Shown here one piece after another: positions 26,358 to 32,000 of a stretch of 32,000 nt of DNA. Position numbers and translations under genes: made by a program. Each line of letters begins with the position of its first letter. The stretch's first letter is position 1. The stretch is from positions 2,130,001 through 2,162,000 of the forward strand of contig FP565575.1 of the NCBI GenBank assembly GCA_000091165.1, given 5' to 3'. Source of the DNA: Candidatus Methylomirabilis oxygeniifera (GTDB lineage Bacteria; Methylomirabilota; Methylomirabilia; Methylomirabilales; Methylomirabilaceae). The notes beneath the pieces were generated by a model. That model had not been told where the DNA came from. It worked only from the letters and a program-made list of their open reading frames with translations, and did not search any database.

Positions 26358-26888
26358 TCTGTCCGGTACGACGGGTCACTTGAAAAGTACGGCACTGAAC
26401 AGGAGGGTTTGGTCATGAGTAGTGCGGTCGAATTGCCGAGCTTGGCACACGTCATCACGCGTTACCGCTTCGCGTACCTGATGACGACCAGCGCCAAGGG
26501 CGCGCCGCATGCGGTTGCGGTAGCCGCAGTGCTGCAAGGCGGAGACCTGGTCGTGAACGGGATCGGTCGCCGTAGCCGCGAGAACGCGCTGGCGCGGCCG
26601 GCCGTCAGCCTGGTCTGGCCGCCGCAATCCGAAGCGGACTACTCGCTGATCATCGACGGGCAGGCCGCCGTGACCGACGACTCGCTGCGGATCACGCCAA
26701 CACGTGCGGTACTCCATCGTTCGACGCGGTCTTCCGCGCCCAATGTATCGGGGGCCTGCGAATCCGATTGTGTGGAGATCGATCTCAGCCTCTCGTCCGA
26801 CAGGCCGATGATGCGGAGCATATGAATCGGTCGCCACTGAATCTGCCGGCTCACCCGCCGTCCGAACCGACGCCACTGCGCGGCGCGG
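26358..26888 (+). repeat. Duplicated PPOX unit, copy 1 (531 bp)
   Basis: Co-linear with 30636-31166, from TCTGTCCGG to CGGCGCGG, with the same total length. Confidence 0.9.
26415..26825 (+). CDS. Pyridoxamine 5'-phosphate oxidase (PPOX) family protein, copy 1
   Basis: MSSAVELPSLAHVITRYRFAYLMTTSAKGAPHAVAVAAVLQGGDLVVNGIGRRSRENALARPAVSLVWPP. ATG with AGGAGGG upstream. Confidence 0.75.
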   Translation: MSSAVELPSLAHVITRYRFAYLMTTSAKGAPHAVAVAAVLQGGDLVVNGIGRRSRENALARPAVSLVWPPQSEADYSLIIDGQAAVTDDSLRITPTRAVLHRSTRSSAPNVSGACESDCVEIDLSLSSDRPMMRSI

Positions 26889-26947
26889 CTCAACGCTGTC
26901 GCTACAGGGAGCTTGACAACTGTCACGTGATGGATTACGTTTGATAT

Positions 26948-27229
26948 GTGATCAAGGGCTTCGCAGACAGACACACACAGGCATTGTTCGAGACCGGCCG
27001 GTCCAAGCGATTGCCGTCGGATATACTGCGTCGAGCGCGGAGAAAGCTGGAGTACATCGACTTGGCGACGCGTCTGGATGACCTTCTGGTGCCTCCGGGT
27101 AATCGACTCCACCAGCTCGAGGGAGACCGAAAAGGACAGTACGCGATTGCCATCAACGACCAATGGCGTATATGCTTCCGGTTTGTTGCCGGTGACGCTT
27201 ACGACGTCGAAGTGACGGATTATCACTGA
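26948..27229 (+). CDS. higB: HigB/RelE-type toxin
   Basis: VIKGFADRHTQALFETGRSKRLPSDILRRARRKLEYIDLATRLDDLLVPPGNRLHQLEGDRKGQYAIAINDQWRICFRF. Confidence 0.93.
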   Translation: MIKGFADRHTQALFETGRSKRLPSDILRRARRKLEYIDLATRLDDLLVPPGNRLHQLEGDRKGQYAIAINDQWRICFRFVAGDAYDVEVTDYH

Positions 27230-27242
27230 AGTGAGGTGAGCA

Positions 27243-27557
27243 ATGGGCATTGCGAACACAAGGAATAAGGAGGTGCGGCCTATCCACCCGGGCGAGATGC
27301 TTCGGGAGGATTTCCTTCCCGACTATAGGCTCACAGTTTCGGGTCTCGCTCACGCGCTTGGCGTTTCACGCCAGACTGTAAATGAATTACTTCGTGAGCG
27401 CCGGTCGGTAAGTCCGGAGATGGCGCTCAGACTTTCGCGTCTGTTTGGCAACTCTCCTGAGTTCTGGCTGAACGCGCAGCGTGCGATCGATTTATGGGAT
27501 GCCGCCGAGGAGATCGGTCTGGAGGTTAAGCGGATCAAGCCCTTGGTCGCCGCATAA
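27243..27557 (+). CDS. higA: HigA-family XRE antitoxin
   Basis: IHPGEMLREDFLPDYRLTVSGLAHALGVSRQTVNELLRERRSVSPEMALRLSRLFGNSPEFWLNAQRAIDL. Confidence 0.95.
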   Translation: MGIANTRNKEVRPIHPGEMLREDFLPDYRLTVSGLAHALGVSRQTVNELLRERRSVSPEMALRLSRLFGNSPEFWLNAQRAIDLWDAAEEIGLEVKRIKPLVAA

Positions 27558-27607
27558 CACCAGAAAAATACGTCACTGCAGTGCACCCAACGCACCTATT
27601 ACATGTC

Positions 27608-27730
27608 CTAGGTCTCCTCCAGATCGATCAAGGCCCGGATCATGTCCGTCTCGGTGATAATGCCGACGACCTTCCCGCCCTTTACCACCGGCAGCGCCCC
27701 GATCCGCCGATTGAGGAGCAGACGCGCCGG
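27608..27730 (-). pseudogene. Truncated CBS-domain gene 3' end, fragment A
   Basis: RRLLLNRRIGALPVVKGGKVVGIITETDMIRALIDLEET*, matching the C-terminus of the 31238 gene. Confidence 0.9.
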
Positions 27731-27795
27731 AAGCTAAACACTCCGGAATCACATTGGGCTTGCAAGGACCATAGTGCTACTATAGTATTACTTTT

Positions 27796-28053
27796 ATGCG
27801 GACCGAACTCGTCACAACACTGAAGCGCCAGGCCACAGAGCTTCTCTCCGAGCTGGATCGGAACAAGGAGCCTATCCTCATTACGCAGCACGGCGTACCA
27901 AGCGCCTACCTTGTAGACGTTGAAACCTACGAGACCTTGCAGCATCGGATGAGCCTGCTCGAGGGAATCGCGCGTGGGGAGAAAGCTATTGAGGAGGGGC
28001 GTACGCTCACTCATGCGCAGGCCAAAAAGCGCATGAATCGATGGCTGAAGTAA
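27796..28053 (+). CDS. Phd/YefM-family antitoxin
   Basis: MRTELVTTLKRQATELLSELDRNKEPILITQHGVPSAYLVDVETYETLQHRMSLLEGIARGEKAIEEGR. Confidence 0.9.
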   Translation: MRTELVTTLKRQATELLSELDRNKEPILITQHGVPSAYLVDVETYETLQHRMSLLEGIARGEKAIEEGRTLTHAQAKKRMNRWLK

Positions 28054-28361
28054 TTTGGACCGAGCCCGCGCTGAGCGACCTGGATGCCATCGCCGACTAC
28101 ATCGCATTGGACAATCCGGACGCGGCGAAGACGTTAGTCCGGAATGTATTTCGGCACGTGGGTCAGCTTGCTGATCATCCCAAGAGCGGTTCTAAGCCAC
28201 AGGAGCTCAAGGGGTGGCGCTACCGACAGATCGTCGAACCACCATGCCGGATCTTCTACCGGGAAGAAGGCTCACGCGTCTATGTGCTGCATGTCATGCG
28301 AGGCGAACGGTTGCTTCGCCCTTCTGTTCTTGTAACCCGCAGCGAGGTGCCGACCAAGTAA
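28041..28361 (+). CDS. ParE/RelE-type toxin
   Basis: MAEVIWTEPALSDLDAIADYIALDNPDAAKTLVRNVFRHVGQLADHPKSGSKPQELKGWRYRQIVEPPCRIFYREEGSRVYVLHVMRGERLL. Overlaps the antitoxin. Confidence 0.93.
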   Translation: MAEVIWTEPALSDLDAIADYIALDNPDAAKTLVRNVFRHVGQLADHPKSGSKPQELKGWRYRQIVEPPCRIFYREEGSRVYVLHVMRGERLLRPSVLVTRSEVPTK

Positions 28362-28412
28362 CGCCCAACTACTGGTTCCACGCGCCGTTCCTACCCCTCA
28401 CGTTGACCGCAC

Positions 28413-28560
28413 TTACGAAGCCTCCTCCAGATCGATCAAGGCCCGGATCATGTCCGTCTCGGTGATGATGCCGACGACCTTCTCATCCTTTAATACCGGC
28501 AGCGCGCCGATCCGTCGATTGAGCAGCAGGCGCGCCGCCTCGGCGGTAGGAGCCGCGTTA
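28413..28560 (-). pseudogene. Truncated CBS-domain gene 3' end, fragment B
   Basis: AAPTAEAARLLLNRRIGALPVLKDEKVVGIITETDMIRALIDLEEAS*. Confidence 0.9.
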
Positions 28561-28806
28561 TCTGCCCATGCGTCCCCAACGCCGCCCGGGGATCGACTAT
28601 AGGGCGGCTGAGAAAGGCCGCCGAAGGTGGCAGCGTTTGTCGCGCCAGAATCGTCTTGATCGGTTGGGCTAAATATGGGAGATTACAAACATATTCGTTG
28701 TTCAGAAGTGGAGTCGATTTGGGAGATAGGCCGCCGGCCTTTGTCGGTTTCAAATGCGGCTCACTTATAGTTCGGTGACAGAAGGAAACGGCGAAGGAGA
28801 ATCGAC

Positions 28807-29046
28807 ATGCCGATTATCGCTCGGTTCTACGGCATCCTCATCAAGTAAGAACACGGCGTCCCCCATTTCCACGCCATCTATGGGGCATTCAACGGTGTCT
28901 TCAACGTCCAGACACTCGAAATGATTGAAGGAGACATGCCCGCCCGTGCCGTAAAGATGGTGAAGGTTTGGGCGAAGAAGTACAATCGGGACCTGATGGA
29001 TATGTGGAAGACACAGAAATATCGACAGCTTCCCGGGTTGGAGTAA
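28807..29046 (+). pseudogene. DUF4160-family gene with an in-frame TAA
   Basis: MPIIARFYGILIK*EHGVPHFHAIYGAFNGVFNVQTLEMIEGDMPARAVKMVKVWAKKYNRDLMDMWKTQKYRQLPGLE*. The single in-frame TAA is at 28846-28848. Confidence 0.85.
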
Positions 29047-29052
29047 GAGGGC

Positions 29053-29400
29053 ATGAAGAGCTACCCAAAGATTCAAAGCGTTCAGGTGCTTCCTGGCAAG
29101 AAACTTCGGGTAACGTTCGTCAATGGTGGTATCCGTCTTTACGATTGCCGTCCACTCCTGAAGGAAGAACCATTCAAAGCATTGCAGGACGATGCGCTGT
29201 TTTATCTCGCAAGAGCTGAAGAGCACGGTTACGGGGTCATCTGGAACGACGAAATAGATTTGGCAGAATCAGAAGTCTGGCTTCATGGGCGCACCGAACA
29301 AGGCATTGTAGCTGACCTGTCACGCTTGCATCGCCCTACCGTGAAAAGTCGCAAGGCGAGGTCAAGTGCGAAGGCGGGCGCAAGCGCGCCAGACGGCTAA
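29053..29400 (+). CDS. DUF2442-family protein
   Basis: PKIQSVQVLPGKKLRVTFVNGGIRLYDCRPLLKEEPFKALQDDALFYLARAEEHGYGVIWNDEIDLAESEVWLHG. Confidence 0.88.
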   Translation: MKSYPKIQSVQVLPGKKLRVTFVNGGIRLYDCRPLLKEEPFKALQDDALFYLARAEEHGYGVIWNDEIDLAESEVWLHGRTEQGIVADLSRLHRPTVKSRKARSSAKAGASAPDG

Positions 29401-29458
29401 ACGCTCCGTTCGGCACGCAATAGAAGGACGTCGCCTACAGGAGTTATGAGGGATCGAG

Positions 29459-29647
29459 ATGATCGAAAAGACGGTCAAGAGATTCGGTGTGGAAAAGGAT
29501 TCATCCATTAAGGAAGACCTGGCTTATTGGCTCAGCAAGACACCCCGAGAGCGCGTCGCCGCCATTGAATTCCTGAGAGGGCAATACCATGGAAGTTCAG
29601 CAAGACTTCAGAGATCTGCTCGAGTTACTCAACAAGAACGACGTTGA
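29459..29647 (+). CDS. Small protein (62 aa) paired with a nucleotidyltransferase
   Basis: MIEKTVKRFGVEKDSSIKEDLAYWLSKTPRERVAAIEFLRGQYHG...ARLQRSARV. Overlaps the next ORF. Confidence 0.75.
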   Translation: MIEKTVKRFGVEKDSSIKEDLAYWLSKTPRERVAAIEFLRGQYHGSSARLQRSARVTQQERR

Positions 29648-30035
29648 GTACATCATCGTGGGAGCCTACGCGCTGGGATTTCATGGCGCCCCCCGCTACA
29701 CGGGCGACCTTGACGTCTTCGCGAAGCCCGAGCCTATCAATGCCAAAAACATCATGCGAGCCCTCCATGCATTTGGGTTTGGATCTGTCGGCCTGACAGA
29801 GGCGGATTTTGAACAAGAGGGCAGAGTCGTGCAGCTCGGATTTCCGCCGGTCAGGGTCGATATCATTACCTCGATCACCGGGGTATCATGGGAACAGGCC
29901 CGCTCGGGTAGGGTCCAAGGTCAATTTGGAGACTTGCCGGTACACTATATCGGCCGGGAGGACCTCATAGCGAATAAGAGAGCGTTGGGCCGCAAGAAGG
30001 ATCTTGCCGATCTGGAAGCTATCGGGGAAGACTGA
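29589..30035 (+). CDS. Nucleotidyltransferase-fold protein
   Basis: LLNKNDVEYIIVGAYALGFHGAPRYTGDLDVFAKPEPINAKNIMRALHAFGFG, ending EDLIANKRALGRKKDLADLEAI. Confidence 0.9.
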   Translation: MEVQQDFRDLLELLNKNDVEYIIVGAYALGFHGAPRYTGDLDVFAKPEPINAKNIMRALHAFGFGSVGLTEADFEQEGRVVQLGFPPVRVDIITSITGVSWEQARSGRVQGQFGDLPVHYIGREDLIANKRALGRKKDLADLEAIGED

Positions 30036-30165
30036 CCACTTGAAGGTGGGCGTGCCAAACATCGGGCTGGACACGGATGCGCAGAACGGCGTCCACGCAC
30101 TTATCAGCTCGGTTGTTCGAGGCCAGTCGGTCCACGCAATTACTGGCAGATAGACTGCTCGCCCC

Positions 30166-30276
30166 AACCTGGCCAAGGACGCGGCAACCCAAATCATGCA
30201 TGGCGTGTCACTGTCCATAGCAGGTGAGCTCGATTGGGATGCCGCAGCCTTCGCCGCGCCAATCGTCGTGAGGTGA
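30166..30276 (+). pseudogene. Remnant of a BrnT-family toxin
   Basis: NLAKDAATQIMHGVSLSIAGELDWDAAAFAAPIVVR*, resembling the BrnT N-terminus 'FDPAKDAANxxKHGVSLxxA..xDWDxA'. Lies directly upstream of BrnA. Confidence 0.55.
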
Positions 30277-30282
30277 AACACT

Positions 30283-30582
30283 ATGTCGAGAATGTCTAAG
30301 CGGCCCAGTGTCCGCATGCCTACTGCGGAAGAGGACACAATCATTACTGCGGCAGCCAAACGCGACCCCGACGCACAACCCCTTACGTCAAAGCAGTTGC
30401 AGGCCATGGTGCCGCTGAAAGCCCTGCGTGGTCGGCCGAAATCTGCGCACAAGAAGCTGCTCGTGTCCGTGCGCTACAGCCCCGAGGTTGTCGCCTACTT
30501 CAAATCCACCGGAGAAGGGTGGCAGTCGCTCATGGACAGCGTACTTCGGAAATACGTGGCACGCCATTCGCGTCACGCGTAA
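30283..30582 (+). CDS. brnA: BrnA-family antitoxin
   Basis: 99 aa, RMPTAEEDTIITAAAKRDPDAQPLTSKQLQAM...RGRPKSAHKKLLVSVRYSPEVVAYFKSTGEGWQSLMDSVLRKYV. Confidence 0.88.
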   Translation: MSRMSKRPSVRMPTAEEDTIITAAAKRDPDAQPLTSKQLQAMVPLKALRGRPKSAHKKLLVSVRYSPEVVAYFKSTGEGWQSLMDSVLRKYVARHSRHA

Positions 30583-30635
30583 GCAATGGGCTGAACCTAA
30601 CGGTTGATCGGACAGCCGCAAGCGCAGGTTGCGAT

Positions 30636-31166
30636 TCTGTCCGGCACGACGGGTCACTTGAGAGATACAGTACTGAACAGGAGGGTGTGGTCATGAGTAT
30701 TGCAGTCGAATTGCCGAGCTTGGCACACGTCATCACGCGTTACCGCTTCGCGTACCTGATGACGACCAGCGCCACGGGCGCGCCGCATGCGGTTGCGGTA
30801 GCCGCGGTGCTGCAAGGCGGAGACCTGGTCGTGAACGGGATCGGTCGCCGCAGCCGCGAGAACGCGCTGGCGCGGCCGGCCGTCGGCCTGGTCTGGCCGC
30901 CGCAATCCGAAGCGGACTACTCGCTGATCATTGACGGGCAGGCCGCCGTGACCGGCGAATCGCTTCGGATCACGCCGACGCGCGCGGTACTCCATCGTTC
31001 GGCGCGGTCTTCCGAGCCCGTTGTGTCGGGGGCCTGCGAATCCGATTGCGTGGAGATCGATCTGAGCATCTCGTCCGACAGGCCGATGGCGCGGGGAATA
31101 TGAATCGGTAGCCACTACACGTGCCGGCTCACCCGTCGTCCGAACCGACGCCACTGCGCGGCGCGG
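30636..31166 (+). repeat. Duplicated PPOX unit, copy 2 (531 bp)
   Basis: Co-linear with 26358-26888. Confidence 0.9.
30693..31103 (+). CDS. Pyridoxamine 5'-phosphate oxidase (PPOX) family protein, copy 2
   Basis: MSIAVELPSLAHVITRYRFAYLMTTSATGAPHAVAVAAVLQGG..., about 11 residues different from copy 1. Confidence 0.75.
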   Translation: MSIAVELPSLAHVITRYRFAYLMTTSATGAPHAVAVAAVLQGGDLVVNGIGRRSRENALARPAVGLVWPPQSEADYSLIIDGQAAVTGESLRITPTRAVLHRSARSSEPVVSGACESDCVEIDLSISSDRPMARGI

Positions 31167-31237
31167 CGCAACTTTGTCGTTTGAGGCTGGTCAGTCTAAA
31201 CAATTACTGCCAGATATAACGCTCGCCCCAATGACCT

Positions 31238-31651
31238 TTACGAAGCCTCCTCCAGATCGATCAGGGCCCGGATAATATCGGTTTCCGTGATGATGCCGAC
31301 CAGCTTCGACTCCTTAACAACCGGGAGCGCCCCGATCCTCCTGTTCAGGAGCAGCCGGGCAGCATCCGCGATAGGCGTTTCCGGCGTAACCGTGACCACC
31401 TTCTTGGTCATGATCTCCTTTACCTTCAATTTTTCAAGCAGGTAGTGCACCTCGTAGATGGACAGGCTTGTAGCAGGAGAGGGGCGCGCAAGTCGAAAGT
31501 CCCGATCGGTGACAATCCCCAGTAGCTTGCTGTTATCGGTCACCAGTAGATGTCGAATCCCCTTTTTCTTCATCATGTACAGCGACGCATTGGCCCGTTC
31601 ATCTGGACCGACCGTCACCAGCTTGGTCTGCATATACCGTTTTACCAGCAT
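31238..31651 (-). CDS. CBS-domain pair protein (intact copy)
   Basis: MLVKRYMQTKLVTVGPDERANASLYMMKKKGIRHLLVTDNSKLLGIVTDRDFRL...VKEIMTKKVVTVTPETPIADAARLLLNRRIGALPVVKESKLVGIITETDIIRAL. Confidence 0.95.
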   Translation of the reverse strand: MLVKRYMQTKLVTVGPDERANASLYMMKKKGIRHLLVTDNSKLLGIVTDRDFRLARPSPATSLSIYEVHYLLEKLKVKEIMTKKVVTVTPETPIADAARLLLNRRIGALPVVKESKLVGIITETDIIRALIDLEEAS

Positions 31652-31711
31652 CGCTTCTCCTTTACATTGAGACGGTTCTCATCGCTATCCTGCTCGCATT
31701 CATCTCTGAGC

Positions 31712-31999
31712 TTATCTGCCCCGTAGGCGACGAACGATGGCACCCAGGCGCTGCATCGCGGCCGAGTAGGTCCCTGGCGGGATCATCGCATCGATCAGGA
31801 TTGTGGCTGCGACATCCAGCGCCTCCACTAAGGCCCGCTCAAGCTCCTCGGCTGTGCGAACGCGAACGGCGCGAGCCCCAAGGCTTTCGGCCAGCCGCAC
31901 ATAGTCGGGGGTCGGCAGGTCGTACGATCGAGCGGGTCCATCCATCGCGGCCAGCATGCCATGGCTGTGATTGTTAAAGAGGATGACAATGGCGTGCAG
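31712..31999 (-). CDS. C-terminal part of a thiamine-pyrophosphate-dependent enzyme (acetolactate synthase-like), runs off the window
   Basis: Reading into the edge gives LHAIVILFNNHSHGMLAAMDGPARSYDLPTPDYVRLAESLGARAVRVRTAEELERALVEAL...ILIDAMIP, a TPP-binding C-domain pattern. Confidence 0.7.
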   Translation of the reverse strand: MHAIVILFNNHSHGMLAAMDGPARSYDLPTPDYVRLAESLGARAVRVRTAEELERALVEALDVAATILIDAMIPPGTYSAAMQRLGAIVRRLRGR

Positions 32000-32000
32000 G

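Noticed and set aside
26096-26458. Minus-strand 120-aa ORF through the inverted-repeat element, and 26376..26876 / 30654..31154 opposite PPOX copies
   Set aside because: They are antisense or out-of-frame to the PPOX genes, and their conservation is just the DNA duplication.
1-32000. Search for rRNA, tRNA (T-loop GGTTCRANTCC) and CRISPR arrays
   Set aside because: No convincing candidates were seen by eye. A tRNAscan/Infernal run would be needed to be certain.

Overview
All calls come from reading the sequence and the supplied ORF track; no database search was run. The window has three parts. (1) 0-14.5 kb: a short sugar-metabolism gene pair (HAD phosphatase-like, then GHMP kinase), followed by a complete-looking type II secretion operon on the minus strand (gspE-F-G-H-I-J-K-L-M-C-D plus a small secreted protein). 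The operon contains several period-7 tandem repeats and a 39-bp repeat inside gspD. (2) 15.4-24.8 kb: a FabL-like enoyl-ACP reductase/SDR with a SnoaL-like partner, an HmoA-like monooxygenase, a heterodimeric ABC exporter, a Phd/ParE-type toxin-antitoxin (TA) pair, an AmrS-type radical SAM enzyme, and an NAD-type malic enzyme. (3) 24.8-31.2 kb: an accessory island in which almost every short gene is on the plus strand. It holds HigBA, Phd/ParE, a DUF4160 pseudogene with DUF2442, a small protein with a nucleotidyltransferase, a BrnT remnant with BrnA, and a possible VapC remnant. It also has two co-linear ~531-bp copies of a PPOX-family gene unit, three copies of the 3' end of a CBS-domain gene, a 14-bp inverted-repeat mini-element, and two attC-like folded sites flanking a lipoprotein gene as in an integron cassette. 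The best candidate for something undescribed is this integrase-less, cassette-like TA island with its repeated modules. No rRNA, tRNA or CRISPR array was recognised.
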